The notes beneath the pieces are model-generated. The model worked only from the letters and a program-made list of their open reading frames with translations. It was not told the DNA's origin and made no database searches. Of a stretch of 64,000 nt of DNA, positions 18,111-29,059 are shown in pieces. Positions within the stretch are counted from its first letter, which is position 1. Each line of letters starts with the position of its first letter. Both the position numbers and the translations under genes were made by a program. Origin of the DNA: Gammaproteobacteria bacterium (GTDB lineage: Bacteria; Pseudomonadota; Gammaproteobacteria; Steroidobacterales; Foliamicaceae); assembly GCA_009844425.1 (NCBI GenBank), contig VYBN01000003.1:24435-88434 (forward strand), read 5' to 3'.

Positions 18111-19076
18111 ATGCGCAAGAATTCCGCCTTCTGGCTGCAGTGCCTGCTGGGCCTGGCGCTCGTGGCGCTGGTCGTCCTGGTTTTCCGCACCACCCAGTCC
18201 AACCTGGAACTGCTGGGAGTGCAGTCCGGCTTCGATTTCCTGTGGAAGAAAGCCGGTTTCTCGATTTCGCAGCACCTGATTCCGTACACGGAGGACTCGC
18301 CAATCTGGGTTGCGCTGGCCGTGGCAATCCTCAATACCCTGTTGCTGGCCGTGTTCTGCATCTTCCTGGCCAGCCTGCTGGGCCTGGCCGTAGGCATCGG
18401 CAGGCTGTCCTCGAACTGGCTGGTTTCCAGACTGTCGCTGGCCTACCTGGAACTGTTCCGCAACATTCCGGTGCTGCTGCAGATCTTCTTCTGGTATTAC
18501 GTCGCACTGCGCGCCCTGCCGTCACTGGAGTCCAGCATCTTCATCACCGACTACCTGGTGCTGAACAACCGCGGCCTCTATTTCCCGTTCATCGAGTTCG
18601 CCAACGGTTTTGCCATCAGTCCGCCTGTGCCGGGACGTTTTGCGTACGAAGGCGGTTTCTATTTGATGCCGGAGTTCCTTGCGCTCTGGATCGGCCTTTC
18701 CTTGTATAACGGAAGCTATATCTCCGAGATCGTCCGGTCGGGCTTTCAGTCCGTGGCGCGCGGTCAATGGGAGGCCGGAGCCGCGCTGGGGCTGAAGCCG
18801 GCCACCGTCCTGCGCCGGGTGGCCTTACCGCAGGCATTGCGGGCCGTGCTGCCGCCGTTGACGACGGTGTATATGAACATGTTCAAGGCGACTTCGCTGG
18901 CGGCCGCGATCGCCTATCCGGAAATCGTCTCTGTGTTCGTGGGCACGGTCAACAACCTGGCCGGCCGGCCGGTGGAAGTGATGGCCGTTTCGCTGGTCTT
19001 CTATGCCGGCGTCAGCTTCCTGGTGGCCTGGCTCATGGGCCGCTGGAACAAGCGGGTAACGATGCGTGGCCAGTGA
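18111..19076 (+). CDS. aapQ: amino-acid ABC transporter permease
   Basis: ATG at 18111; the upstream part of the track ORF is repeat DNA. Polytopic, with an EAA-like loop (ALGLKPATVLRRVALPQALR). Confidence 0.8.
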   Translation: MRKNSAFWLQCLLGLALVALVVLVFRTTQSNLELLGVQSGFDFLWKKAGFSISQHLIPYTEDSPIWVALAVAILNTLLLAVFCIFLASLLGLAVGIGRLSSNWLVSRLSLAYLELFRNIPVLLQIFFWYYVALRALPSLESSIFITDYLVLNNRGLYFPFIEFANGFAISPPVPGRFAYEGGFYLMPEFLALWIGLSLYNGSYISEIVRSGFQSVARGQWEAGAALGLKPATVLRRVALPQALRAVLPPLTTVYMNMFKATSLAAAIAYPEIVSVFVGTVNNLAGRPVEVMAVSLVFYAGVSFLVAWLMGRWNKRVTMRGQ

Positions 19077-20169
19077 ATTGACGACATCCGCTGCCCGCCA
19101 ACGCGCCGGCTTGTCCGGCTGGCTCAGGCGCAACCTGTTCTCGTCGTGGTGGAATGCGGCGGTCAGCCTGGTCCTGCTGGGTTTGCTGGCGATGCTGGCG
19201 GTCAGGCTTTTCCAGTGGCTGATCATCGACGCGCAATGGGCCGGGAGCGCCCCGTCCGCCTGCGCCGACACCACCAGCCTTTGCTGGCCTTTCGTGCGGG
19301 CGCGCTGGCCGCAGTTTCTCTACGGCCTTTATCCGTCCGAGGAGGTATGGAGAGTCAATCTGGGCCTGGCGGCAGGCGCGCTGCTGGGAGCGGCGCTGGC
19401 CGTTCGCCGTATGCCGGCCCGGCGCTGGATTGCAGCATTCCTGCTGCTTGCCTATCCGCCGTTGGCGTGGTGGCTTTTTCGCGGCGGAACGTGGGGACTG
19501 ACTCCGGTCCAGACGTCCCTGTGGGGCGGTTTTTTCCTCACCCTGGTCGTGACGGGATCGGTGTTCTGGGTTTCGCTGCTTGCCGGAGTCCTGCTGGCCC
19601 TGGGGAGACAGAGCCGCCTGGCGCTGGTGCGTCAGGCCTGCACGGTGTGGATCGAGTTCTGGCGCGCGGTGCCGGTGCTGGTGCTGCTGTTCGTGGTGAT
19701 CATCATGCTGCCGCTGTTCCTGCCGGCGAACATCGAGATCGACAAGCTCGGCCGGGCGATGATCGCATTCGCCATCCTCATGTCCACCTACCTGGCCGAG
19801 GCCGTGCGCGGCGGATTGCAGAGCCTGTCCGCCGGACAGTACGAAGCGGCCCGGGCGCTGGGCCTGAATTGGCGCCAGTCGCGCCTGCACGTGGTGCTGC
19901 CTCAGGCCCTGGCGGTGTCCTTGCCTCAGATCACCAGCAATTTCATCGGGCTGTTCAAGGAGACGACCGTGTTGCTGGTGATCGGCCTGTTCGATCTGCT
20001 GGGAGAGGTGCAGCGCGCGGCCAGCGATCCCCAATGGCTGGGAACGGGCACGACCGCGGCCGGCTATATTTTCGTGGCCGTTTTCTTCTGGACGGCCTGC
20101 TTCTGCCTTTCGCGCGCCAGTTCGCGCCTGGAGCGGCGCATTACGCGCTACCGGGCCGCCGCCACCTGA
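19066..20169 (+). CDS. aapM: amino-acid ABC transporter permease
   Basis: 367 aa. The GTG start overlaps the aapQ end by 11 nt. EAARALGLNWRQSRLHVVLPQAL is an EAA motif. Confidence 0.8.
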   Translation: MASELTTSAARQRAGLSGWLRRNLFSSWWNAAVSLVLLGLLAMLAVRLFQWLIIDAQWAGSAPSACADTTSLCWPFVRARWPQFLYGLYPSEEVWRVNLGLAAGALLGAALAVRRMPARRWIAAFLLLAYPPLAWWLFRGGTWGLTPVQTSLWGGFFLTLVVTGSVFWVSLLAGVLLALGRQSRLALVRQACTVWIEFWRAVPVLVLLFVVIIMLPLFLPANIEIDKLGRAMIAFAILMSTYLAEAVRGGLQSLSAGQYEAARALGLNWRQSRLHVVLPQALAVSLPQITSNFIGLFKETTVLLVIGLFDLLGEVQRAASDPQWLGTGTTAAGYIFVAVFFWTACFCLSRASSRLERRITRYRAAAT

Positions 20170-20230
20170 CAAGGCCAGGCGACAACACCCTTGAGCCGCA
20201 GCGCGGCTAATGCGCCGTGGCGAGAGAAAA

Positions 20231-20261
20231 AATCCCCTTGCGCACCAGGCGCAAGGGGATT
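20231..20261. terminator. bidirectional rho-independent-type terminator hairpin
   Basis: The 13-bp perfect stem AATCCCCTTGCGC / GCGCAAGGGGATT has a 5-nt loop. It is preceded by AAAAAA and followed by a T-rich stretch (TCGTTATTTCC). It sits between two convergent genes. Confidence 0.7.
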
Positions 20262-20279
20262 CGTTATTTCCGTGGGCGA

Positions 20280-20600
20280 TTAGCCCTTGACGCGGTTCCA
20301 AGTCCTCATGACCAGCACCGAGGCTACGCCGGAATACAGTGCGATCGACGCCGCGTCAATGATTCCGTCCAGATAGCCACCTACCGCGGGAATGTTCGCG
20401 AGGGCGTCCGAATACCCGGCCATTCCAACGCCGATTGCAACAGCCAGATAGGCGGTCGCATCTTCCGCGTCAACGCCCATGAATCCCCAGATAATGCCGA
20501 GAATTGCAAGAGCCATCGGAACGCCGGGAATCGCTTCGGGCAACAAGCCCTGCAATAAACCGCCTAGCGCTATCAGCCCTACGACTACTCTATTTCCCAT
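20280..20600 (-). CDS. small hydrophobic ORFan membrane protein
   Basis: 106 aa. GGGAGGATCAAA precedes the ATG. Gly/Ala/Ile-rich with predicted TM segments. AT-richer than neighbours. No family recognised. Confidence 0.6.
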   Translation of the reverse strand: MGNRVVVGLIALGGLLQGLLPEAIPGVPMALAILGIIWGFMGVDAEDATAYLAVAIGVGMAGYSDALANIPAVGGYLDGIIDAASIALYSGVASVLVMRTWNRVKG

Positions 20601-20782
20601 TTTGATCCTCCCAAGTTGCAGGTTGAAATTATTGAGTTGTCCAGTTCAAAAGAACCTGTTCAACTCGTCCCCATTGCGGAGAAAGACTCAACGCTGCTAT
20701 CTATTTAGCACGGATTGACGCCGGAAGCAAACGCTATGCGCTCCGCCCCTGTGGCGCCGATGATCGCCAGGCGCGAATATGA

Positions 20783-21532
20783 CTATTGCCGCAATTGACC
20801 GAGAAAGGTCTTCAGGCGTTCGGTTTCTGGATTTTCGAAGAACTGTTCGGGACGCGAGTCCTCAAGAATCTCTCCGCCGTCCATGAACACCACGCGGTCC
20901 GCCACCTGGCGGGCGAAGCCCATTTCGTGGCTTACGCAAAGCATGGTCATGCCCTGGCGGGCGAGTTCCACCATCACTTCCAGGACTTCCTGGACCATTT
21001 CGGGGTCCAGGGCCGAGGTCGGCTCGTCAAACAGCATGATCTCGGGTTGCATGCACAGCGCCCTGGCGATCGCGACGCGCTGCTGCTGACCTCCTGAAAG
21101 CTCGGCGGGGTACTTGCCTTCCTGGCCATCCAGGCCCATGCGCCGAAGCAGTTCGGCGGCGCGTTCCTCGGCGGTCTCGCGCTTCAGTCTGCGGACCTTG
21201 ACCGGCGCGAGACACAGATTGTCCATGACCGAAAGGTGAGGGAAAAGGTTGAACTGCTGAAAGACCATCCCGACCTTCAGGCGAACCCGGCTGCGCGCGG
21301 CGTCGGAGTCCAGCGCGATGCCGGCCACTTCCATGACGCCCTCCTGGTACTCCTCAAGGCCGTTCATGCACCGGATCAGCGTGGACTTGCCTGATCCCGA
21401 CGGACCGCAAATCACGATTTTCTCGCCCGCCCGCACCTCGAGATCAATCCCGTTGAGCGCCCGGAATTCGCCGTACCACTTGCTGACCCCTCGGGCTCGC
21501 ACGGCGGCTGTCGCGGCCGGCTGAGTACTCAT
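20783..21532 (-). CDS. aapP: amino-acid ABC transporter ATP-binding protein
   Basis: GPSGSGKST (Walker A), [15 protein letters not shown] (signature) and [11 protein letters not shown] (Walker B). ATG at 21532 forms an ATGA overlap with the SDR gene stop. Confidence 0.85.
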   Translation of the reverse strand: MSTQPAATAAVRARGVSKWYGEFRALNGIDLEVRAGEKIVICGPSGSGKSTLIRCMNGLEEYQEGVMEVAGIALDSDAARSRVRLKVGMVFQQFNLFPHLSVMDNLCLAPVKVRRLKRETAEERAAELLRRMGLDGQEGKYPAELSGGQQQRVAIARALCMQPEIMLFDEPTSALDPEMVQEVLEVMVELARQGMTMLCVSHEMGFARQVADRVVFMDGGEILEDSRPEQFFENPETERLKTFLGQLRQ

Positions 21533-22365
21533 TCCGGCTCCTCTCCGCGTATCCACCAGCCTGCGCTGGCCGCTTGCAGGGCAACCCGCCTGGCCCGTTC
21601 GCGCCGGTCGATCTCCAGGCTTGCAAACACCTGCTCGGCCACCGGTCCGATCGGAATGCGCAACCGGCCGGGCGGGTCATCCACGACGGAAGCGATGACC
21701 GCGGCGGCGTTTCGGGGCGGCTCACCACTGCGCTTCTGCCCGAGCAGCGTGCGGTGCAGAGGCTCGTAAGCCGCGCCATGGCGGCTGGAAGAAAGTTGAT
21801 GCAGGGCGCTTTCGTCGCGGCGGAGCATGTCGGTGTCATAGGGACCGGCGTCCAGCAGGGTAACCCGAACGCCGAAGCGCTGCACCTCCAGCGCCAGCGA
21901 CTCGGACATTCCTTCCAGCGCGAACTTGCTGGCCGCGTACTGGCCGTCCGCCGGCAGTCCCACCAGGCCGGAAAGAGACGAGACCATCAGGATGTGGCCT
22001 GAACCGCTCGCCCGCATGTCGGGAAGGGCCGCGCGCGTGAGTCTCCAGGCGCCGAGCAGATTGACCTCCAGGAGCTCGCGGAGGCGCGCCTCGCCGGCGG
22101 ACTCCAGCGCGCCGAAAGCGTGCAGCCCGGCGTTGTTGATGAGCACGTCGATGCCGCCGGTCTCCCGCCGGACCCGCTCCATCGCCTCGTCCACGGACGA
22201 TTGCGAGGTCACGTCAAGCAGTAATTCGTCGGCGCCGGAATCGGCGGGCAGAGCGCCGGAAGCGCGAACTCCGGCGAAGACCCTGTAGCCGCGCGCCGCG
22301 AGTTCCCTGGCGGTTGCGAGGCCCAGTCCGCGCGAGGCCCCGCTGATCAGAACGCTGCGAGACAC
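21529..22365 (-). CDS. short-chain dehydrogenase/reductase (SDR)
   Basis: [13 protein letters not shown] (cofactor-binding glycine motif) and YAASKFAL (YxxxK). Confidence 0.85.
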   Translation of the reverse strand: MSRSVLISGASRGLGLATARELAARGYRVFAGVRASGALPADSGADELLLDVTSQSSVDEAMERVRRETGGIDVLINNAGLHAFGALESAGEARLRELLEVNLLGAWRLTRAALPDMRASGSGHILMVSSLSGLVGLPADGQYAASKFALEGMSESLALEVQRFGVRVTLLDAGPYDTDMLRRDESALHQLSSSRHGAAYEPLHRTLLGQKRSGEPPRNAAAVIASVVDDPPGRLRIPIGPVAEQVFASLEIDRRERARRVALQAASAGWWIRGEEPE

Positions 22366-22374
22366 GGGACCAGC

Positions 22375-23271
22375 CTATCGCATGATCAGCAACAGGTAGT
22401 GGTCGGCAAGAAGCACCGCAAACAGCGCGCACAGGTAAACCATGGAGTACCCGAACGTGGGCATGGCCAGGGAATCATCGCCGCGCCGGTACATCCGGAA
22501 TGCGTACCAAAGGAACCGGCCTCCCAGTATCACGGCCCCGAGCAGGTAGAGCGGGCCGCTCATGCCCACCAGATACGGCAGCAGCCCGAACACGAACAGC
22601 AACACCGTGTACAGAAGGATATGCAGACGGGTCAGTTCGACTCCGTGGGTGACGGGCAGCATGGGCATATCGACCTTGGCGTAATCCTCGCGCCGATGGA
22701 TGGCCAGCGCCCAGAAATGCGGCGGCGTCCATACGAAAACGATGGCGAACAGCACTGCCGCCCCGGGATCGAACTGGCCGGTCACGGCGATCCAGCCCAG
22801 CAGCGGCGGGGCCGCGCCGGCGGCGCCCCCGATCACGATGTTCTGGGGCGTGGCCCGTTTCAGGAACATCGTGTAGATCACGGCGTAGCCCAGCAGCGAG
22901 GCAAACGTCAGGATTGCGCACAATACGTTGGTGAAGGTCAGCAACAGCCACATGCCGGCCACCGCCAGCAGCGCGGCGAAAGCGAGCACATGCCGGGTTT
23001 CCAGAACGCCGCGCGGCAGCGGGCGGTTGCGGGTCCTGGCCATGACCGCGTCAATATGCTGATCGACCACCTGATTGATCGAGGCCGCGGCGCCCGATAC
23101 CAGCGCAATCCCGAGCGAACCGAAAACCAGAACGGTCCAGGGCGGAAACGGCTCCGCGGCCAGCAGCATGCCCACGGTTGCCGTGAAGGTGAGCAGCGCC
23201 ACGACTTTGGGTTTAGTGATTTCCAGGTAGTCGCGCCACCTTTCGGGCGCCCGTAATATTTCTGTATTCAT
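22375..23271 (-). CDS. ctaB: protoheme IX farnesyltransferase (heme O synthase)
   Basis: ATG at 23271 forms an ATGA overlap with the ctaA stop. [13 protein letters not shown] and [21 protein letters not shown] are UbiA-family CyoE/CtaB motifs. Confidence 0.9.
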   Translation of the reverse strand: MNTEILRAPERWRDYLEITKPKVVALLTFTATVGMLLAAEPFPPWTVLVFGSLGIALVSGAAASINQVVDQHIDAVMARTRNRPLPRGVLETRHVLAFAALLAVAGMWLLLTFTNVLCAILTFASLLGYAVIYTMFLKRATPQNIVIGGAAGAAPPLLGWIAVTGQFDPGAAVLFAIVFVWTPPHFWALAIHRREDYAKVDMPMLPVTHGVELTRLHILLYTVLLFVFGLLPYLVGMSGPLYLLGAVILGGRFLWYAFRMYRRGDDSLAMPTFGYSMVYLCALFAVLLADHYLLLIMR

Positions 23272-24269
23272 GCTCCAGTTCCCGTGGGCCGCAGCCCGTG
23301 GGCCATCGTCACCAGCGCCAGTACCAGGAGGGCCGCGCAGGCATTGTGGGCCAATGCGCTGGACATGGGCAGGTAGAACCAGACGTTGGCAATGCCGAGG
23401 CCGATCTGGACCAGCGTCAGCGCGCCCACCGCCGCGCCGACGATGCGCACCTTCCTTGGGGATGCGAAGCACGCGCTACGCACCGAAAGCCAGCCGACAT
23501 ACAGCAGGACCGCCAGCGCTCCAAGCCGGTGCGTCATGTGGATGGCCGTGCGCGCGGCATAGTCAAGCACGCCGTATTCGTAGTTCGTCCCCAGCCCCCG
23601 CCACATCACGAAGGCTTCGGCAAAGTCCATTTCCGGCCACCACTGCCGCTGGCAGGCCGGGAAATCGGGACAGGCCAATGCCGCGTAATTGGCGCTGGTC
23701 CAGCCGCCCAGGGCCACCTGAACGATCACGATGGCGAGAGCCGGATGAACCCAGCGGTACAGGCGGCGGTCCTCGCCCTGCGCCCAGGCAGCCGCGGCAG
23801 GGCTTTGCCGCAGGATCAGCCACCACATCAATGCCAGCGTTCCGAACCCGCCCAGGAGGTGCGCCATGACCACAATCGGCTTCAATTGCCAAGTGACCGT
23901 CCACATGCCCAACAGCCCCTGAAAAACGACCAGTGCTACCAGGGACAAGGCCGTGGCGAGTACGGCGTCCGGCTCGCGGCGCTGCCGCCAGGCCAACGCG
24001 CCGATGGCGAGAATCAGGAGTCCCAGCGTCGCCGCGGCGTAGCGATGGATCATTTCTATCCAGGCTTTCGTAACGTCCACCGGCCGATAGGGGAAAGCGG
24101 CGTTCGCCGATTCGATTTGCTCGGCGCTTTGCGGGACGTCGATGCGGCCGTAGCAGCCGGGCCAGTCGGGGCATCCAAGTCCCGCGTCGGAAAGGCGCAC
24201 GAACGCGCCCAGGACGATCACGGCCAGCGCCAGGGGCATGGCCAGCAGCGCCAGTTTACGTATATTCAT
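23268..24269 (-). CDS. ctaA: heme A synthase (COX15/CtaA)
   Basis: ATG at 24269. [21 protein letters not shown] and multiple His-containing TM helices. Confidence 0.85.
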   Translation of the reverse strand: MNIRKLALLAMPLALAVIVLGAFVRLSDAGLGCPDWPGCYGRIDVPQSAEQIESANAAFPYRPVDVTKAWIEMIHRYAAATLGLLILAIGALAWRQRREPDAVLATALSLVALVVFQGLLGMWTVTWQLKPIVVMAHLLGGFGTLALMWWLILRQSPAAAAWAQGEDRRLYRWVHPALAIVIVQVALGGWTSANYAALACPDFPACQRQWWPEMDFAEAFVMWRGLGTNYEYGVLDYAARTAIHMTHRLGALAVLLYVGWLSVRSACFASPRKVRIVGAAVGALTLVQIGLGIANVWFYLPMSSALAHNACAALLVLALVTMAHGLRPTGTGA

Positions 24270-24341
24270 GCCGCCGGATCGAAAAATTTTCCAGCAATGC
24301 AATAGGCGCTACGCTGGACCGGCAGGGTCGGGCGGAGAACG

Positions 24342-26567
24342 TCACTGCGCTCGAAATTGCAACGAAACGCCGTAGGTCCGCGGCGGAGTGTAGTGCGCCC
24401 AGCTCGCGTCGGCGAAGCTGATGCGCTGGTCGGCGTACAGCGTGTCGCTCAGGTTTTTGCCCCAGGCCGTGACCCTCCAGCGCCCGGCAGGCGAACTCCA
24501 GGCAAGCGAAGCATTGGCCACGCCGTAGGCATTCTGCAGCGAAGCCTGGCGCTCGAAGCGTCCGGGCGCGTTGTCGCTGTGAAACCAGAAGTGGTGCTTC
24601 CAGCCGTAATCAATACTGAAATCCAAGCCGCCACGGTCACCCAGTTCCATCCGGTAGCCGGCCGCCGCACTTACGGAATGCCGGGGCGAGTGCGGATTGC
24701 GGTTGCCGTCCCGGCGGATGTCGAAACCCTGGATTGTGCCCACCAGAAACTGGTCAAAGCGCGCATTCAGGTAGCCGTAGGCAAGGTTGAAGAGCAGGCT
24801 GGCGGACGGCGCCCAAGCCAGATCCAATTCGGCGCCCTCAATGCTGGCGCGGGCGGCGTTCTTCACCCTAAGGCCGTCGAATACGCCGGACACTTCGTCG
24901 AACAGCAGAGTGACCCGCTGCAGATCGTGGAAGTCAGTAAAGAACACCGACGCGTTCACCTGCAGCGAATCATTCAGCCAGCGGCTCTTGAGGCCCAATT
25001 CGAAATTGTTGGCGATTTCCTCCCGGATTGGCCGGCCGGCCTCGGAGGCCCGGCTCACCTTGCTGTCGAATCCGCCGGACTTGAAACCCTTCGACCAGCT
25101 TGCATAGGCCATGATCTCGTATTGGTTAAACGGTCGCCATTCCGCCACCAGCCGCGGCGTGAGTGCGTCGAAAGACGCCTCCGCCGCCACGTCGTAGCTC
25201 TCGAAGATGATCTGCAGAGGAATGCCGGGCACAGCGTCGTCGGTGAGTGTGCCGATGGTGCGATTGTCTTTCCTGTCCAGCGTATAGCGCAGGCCGGCCC
25301 GGAGTGTAAGCGCCGGCCTTGGTTCCCACGCTGTGTCGGCAAACGCGGCCCAGCCCGTGGTGGTGGAAATGCCCAGCCAGTCGCCGCGGCTGCCGTTCAG
25401 CACTCCGTTTTCGTTCACCACGATTTCCTCGTATTCGAGCCGATCGACGGCCTCGCGGATGAAATACAGCCCTGCGATCGCTCGCAGGCTTTGGGCCGGC
25501 TCAAACGCAAGGCGCACTTCCAGGCTGAACTGGTCGGCGAACTCGTCCTGGCCGAAGAGGTCGTCGTACCTCTGGCCTACGGCGATACTGCGTGCGCCCC
25601 ACTGGTCTGCGGTTACTGAACTGACATCGCGGTAGGCTGCCAGCGCGGTAAGCTCGGCGCGCCGCAGCGGCTGCTTCAATCGAGCGGAAACTCCCCACTG
25701 CGAGGCGTCATAGCCGATCGGCAGGCCGTGCTCGGAGCGCCGCGGCCGGCCGGTGGAGGCCGAGGGAGGATAGCGGTCCCACCGGGTTACGCTGCGGGTC
25801 TGGCTGCCGTTGTCCTCGCGGCTGTAGTCGGCGCTGATCAGAATATCGCGACCGCCGGCGCCCGCTACCCGCCATTGCGCGCGCAGGGCCAGCAGATTCT
25901 CGTCGTCCGATTGGGCGCCGCTCAACAGGTCCATGCCGTAACCGTCGCGGGTCTTGCGAACCAGCGAAAGCTTGCCGCTTGCATTGCGCGTCAACGGGGC
26001 GGACAGCACGCCTTTAAGTTCCGCCGCATTGTACGAACCGTAGCCCACCTGCAGCCTTGCTTCCGCGTCTTCAAGGCTGGGCGCCCGCGTAGTGAGGCTC
26101 ACGGCGCCTCCCGTCACATTTTTTCCGAACAGAACACCTTGCGGGCCGCGCAGCACCGCTGCCTGCTCAAGATCAAACAATTCAAAGAAGTATGCTGTGG
26201 GGCGGGCGATATAAATCTCATCCACGAACAGGATCACCGACTTCTCCAGGGCGCTGCGCAAGGTGGTGTGGCCGATTCCGCGCACGGAGAGCGCCGGGCG
26301 TCCGCTGCTGAAGGTGGAGTAGGACAAATTCGGGATGCGCAGCGCGAGGTCGCCGATCTTTTCCACCCGGCCTGCTTCCAGCGCTTCGCCGTCCAGCGCG
26401 CTGATGGACATCGGCACGTCCTGAAGGTTCTCGCTGCGCTTCTGGGCCGTAACCACGATTTCTTCCAGCACTCCGTCGGCGCGCGCCGTGAGACACACGG
26501 CCGCGCATGCGATCACGATCACAAAATGCGGAAAGGTGAAGAGACGGGTCAGCATCGGAACAGTCAT
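24342..26567 (-). CDS. TonB-dependent outer-membrane receptor
   Basis: Signal peptide, plug motifs (EEIVVTAQKRSENLQDVPMSISAL) and a C-terminal ...YGVSLQFRAQ beta-barrel terminus. The start is uncertain (26567 or 26555). Confidence 0.85.
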   Translation of the reverse strand: MTVPMLTRLFTFPHFVIVIACAAVCLTARADGVLEEIVVTAQKRSENLQDVPMSISALDGEALEAGRVEKIGDLALRIPNLSYSTFSSGRPALSVRGIGHTTLRSALEKSVILFVDEIYIARPTAYFFELFDLEQAAVLRGPQGVLFGKNVTGGAVSLTTRAPSLEDAEARLQVGYGSYNAAELKGVLSAPLTRNASGKLSLVRKTRDGYGMDLLSGAQSDDENLLALRAQWRVAGAGGRDILISADYSREDNGSQTRSVTRWDRYPPSASTGRPRRSEHGLPIGYDASQWGVSARLKQPLRRAELTALAAYRDVSSVTADQWGARSIAVGQRYDDLFGQDEFADQFSLEVRLAFEPAQSLRAIAGLYFIREAVDRLEYEEIVVNENGVLNGSRGDWLGISTTTGWAAFADTAWEPRPALTLRAGLRYTLDRKDNRTIGTLTDDAVPGIPLQIIFESYDVAAEASFDALTPRLVAEWRPFNQYEIMAYASWSKGFKSGGFDSKVSRASEAGRPIREEIANNFELGLKSRWLNDSLQVNASVFFTDFHDLQRVTLLFDEVSGVFDGLRVKNAARASIEGAELDLAWAPSASLLFNLAYGYLNARFDQFLVGTIQGFDIRRDGNRNPHSPRHSVSAAAGYRMELGDRGGLDFSIDYGWKHHFWFHSDNAPGRFERQASLQNAYGVANASLAWSSPAGRWRVTAWGKNLSDTLYADQRISFADASWAHYTPPRTYGVSLQFRAQ

Positions 26568-26635
26568 CAGGTTGTTTTGATTGCAAGGCGGTTTTTGCCC
26601 GTTTGGGGGTACTGTAATGCGGCGCTCCCCGGATT

Positions 26636-29059
26636 TCACAGTCCGGCCTTCCTCAGTCTCAGCGCGTTGCTGATGACCGAGACCGACGAAAGGCTCATTG
26701 CGGCTGCGGCAATCATGGGCGACAACAGGAGGCCGACGAACGGATACAGCACTCCGGCCGCCACGGGCACGCCGACCGAGTTGTAGATGAACGCAAAGAA
26801 CAGGTTCTGCCTGATATTGCGCATCGTCGCATGCGCCAGCCGGCGGGCCCGGACGATCCCGTTCAGGTCGCCCTTCACCAGCGTGAAGCCCGCGCTCTCG
26901 ATCGCCACGTCGGCGCCCGTGCCCATCGCGATCCCCACGTCCGCCTGGGCCAGTGCGGGCGCGTCGTTCACGCCGTCGCCCGCCATCGCGACCCTGGCGC
27001 CGGATTCCTGCAGCTCCCTTATGATGCGGGCCTTGTCTTCCGGAAGCACGTCGGCGCGAATCTCATCGATCCCGAGCCTGGAGGCCACGGCCTTCGCGGT
27101 GCGTTCGTTGTCGCCCGTGACCATGACTATGCGCAGGCCTTCGGCATGCAGAGCCTCCAACGCCTGCGGCGTCGTGTCCTTGATTGGATCGGCGACGCTC
27201 ACAAGCCCGGCCAGCCGACCCTCGACCACGACGAACATGACCGTCTCGCCCTGGTCGCGGCGCCGGTTCGCCATTTCGCTTGCCTTGCCGCCGTCGAGCC
27301 CGAGGTCGGCAAGCAGCCTGGCGTTGCCCAGCGCAACTGCCTTGCCCTCGACCTGTCCCTTGACGCCTTTCCCGGTGATCGCCTCGAATTCTTCCACTCT
27401 CGAAAGGATCAAACCACGATCCTCGGCTCCCGCAACGATCGCCTCGGCCAGCGGGTGCTCGCTGCCCCGTTCGAGCGACGCCGCGAGCCGCAGCAACTCC
27501 GCCTCGTCAATCCCGGCCTCCGCGACCACGTCCGTCAGTTTCGGCCTGCCCACGGTCAGCGTGCCGGTCTTGTCGACGATCAGCGTGCCGACCCCGGCGA
27601 ACCGCTCGAGCGCCTCGGCGTTCCTGATCAGCACACCGGCCTGCGCGCCCCGGCCGGTCGCCGTCATGATGGACATGGGCGTGGCAAGGCCAAGTGCGCA
27701 GGGACAGGCGATGATCAGGACCGAGACCGCCGCAACCAGGGCATAGGCCATGGCGGGCGCCGGTCCCAGGTTCGACCAGACGACAAACGCCGCCACCGCG
27801 ACCAGGACGACGGCAGGTACGAAGTAACCGGCCACCACGTCGGCCAGTTTCTGGATCGGCGCGCGGCTGCGCTGCGCCTGCGCGACCATCTCGACGATTT
27901 GCGACAGCATGGTGTCGGCGCCGACGCGCCTGGCCTCGATGACAAGCGTGCCGCTACGGTTGATCGTTGCTCCAGTCACCGGATCGCCGAGGGCCTTTTC
28001 GACCGGCACCGGCTCGCCGGTCAGCATGGACTCGTCAATCGAAGAATGGCCTTCGGCAACCACCCCGTCCACCGGCACCTTCTCGCCGGGGCGTATCCGC
28101 AGGCGATGGCCGACCTGAACGTCGTCGAGCTGGATTTCCTCTTCGCGGCCATCCGGGCGGACGATGCGCGCCGTCTTCGGCGCCAGGTCCAGTAGCGCGC
28201 GGATCGCGTCGCCGGTCCGCTCCCGGGCGCGCAGTTCCAGCACCTGGCCGAGCAATACGAGCACCACGATGACGGCCGCAGCCTCGTAATAGACCCCGAC
28301 ATGGCCTCCGGCGTCGCGGAAGCCGGCCGGAAATATCCCCGGTGCGACCGTCGCGACCACACTGAACGCATAGGCCGCCCCGACGCCCATGGCGATCAGC
28401 GTGAACATATTCAGGCTGCGGTTGATGACGGACTTCACTCCGCGGACGAAGAACGGCCAGCCCGACCAGAGGACGACCGGAGTAGCCAGGACGAGTTCGG
28501 CCCAACCGGCGATCGTCCCGCCGATCCACTCGCGCAGGGGCAGACCGACCATCGGACCCATCGCGAGCGTCAGCACGGGAACGGTCAGCGCCGCCCCGAT
28601 CCAGAAGCGGCGCGTGAAATCCGCGAGTTCCGGATTGGGTCCCTGGTCTCCGGCCGGTACGCCCATGGGCTCCAGCGCCATGCCGCAGCTCGGGCAGTCG
28701 GAGGGGCCGTCCCGGACGATCTCCGGACACATGGGACAGGTGTAAAGCGTGCCCTCGGGCACCGGTTCGGGTTCGGGGAGACCTTCCAGATAAGCGGCAG
28801 GGTCTGCCTCGAATTTCTCCTGGCAACGCGCCGCGCAGAAATAGAAGCGCTGGCCGGCGTGTTTGGCGACATGCCGGGCGCTCGCTCGCGCCACGGTCAT
28901 GCCGCAGACGGGATCCTCGGCTTGAAGGTAGTCTTCCGGCGATGCCGCGAACTTGTCGCGGCATCCCGCGCAGCAGAATCGATAGACGTGTCCGTCATGT
29001 TCGTAAGTCGGCATGTCCGCGTCCGGATCGACGGTCATGGCGCAGACCGGATCCCTCAC
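26636..29059 (-). CDS. copA: copper-translocating P1B-type ATPase
   Basis: 807 aa with CPC, DKTGTLT, TGDN and GDGVNDAP motifs. The N-terminus has two DPVC(A/G)MTV...C..C motifs (YHS/TRASH type) plus YTCPMCPE. The GTG start overlaps the htpX stop (GTGA). Confidence 0.9.
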   Translation of the reverse strand: MRDPVCAMTVDPDADMPTYEHDGHVYRFCCAGCRDKFAASPEDYLQAEDPVCGMTVARASARHVAKHAGQRFYFCAARCQEKFEADPAAYLEGLPEPEPVPEGTLYTCPMCPEIVRDGPSDCPSCGMALEPMGVPAGDQGPNPELADFTRRFWIGAALTVPVLTLAMGPMVGLPLREWIGGTIAGWAELVLATPVVLWSGWPFFVRGVKSVINRSLNMFTLIAMGVGAAYAFSVVATVAPGIFPAGFRDAGGHVGVYYEAAAVIVVLVLLGQVLELRARERTGDAIRALLDLAPKTARIVRPDGREEEIQLDDVQVGHRLRIRPGEKVPVDGVVAEGHSSIDESMLTGEPVPVEKALGDPVTGATINRSGTLVIEARRVGADTMLSQIVEMVAQAQRSRAPIQKLADVVAGYFVPAVVLVAVAAFVVWSNLGPAPAMAYALVAAVSVLIIACPCALGLATPMSIMTATGRGAQAGVLIRNAEALERFAGVGTLIVDKTGTLTVGRPKLTDVVAEAGIDEAELLRLAASLERGSEHPLAEAIVAGAEDRGLILSRVEEFEAITGKGVKGQVEGKAVALGNARLLADLGLDGGKASEMANRRRDQGETVMFVVVEGRLAGLVSVADPIKDTTPQALEALHAEGLRIVMVTGDNERTAKAVASRLGIDEIRADVLPEDKARIIRELQESGARVAMAGDGVNDAPALAQADVGIAMGTGADVAIESAGFTLVKGDLNGIVRARRLAHATMRNIRQNLFFAFIYNSVGVPVAAGVLYPFVGLLLSPMIAAAAMSLSSVSVISNALRLRKAGL

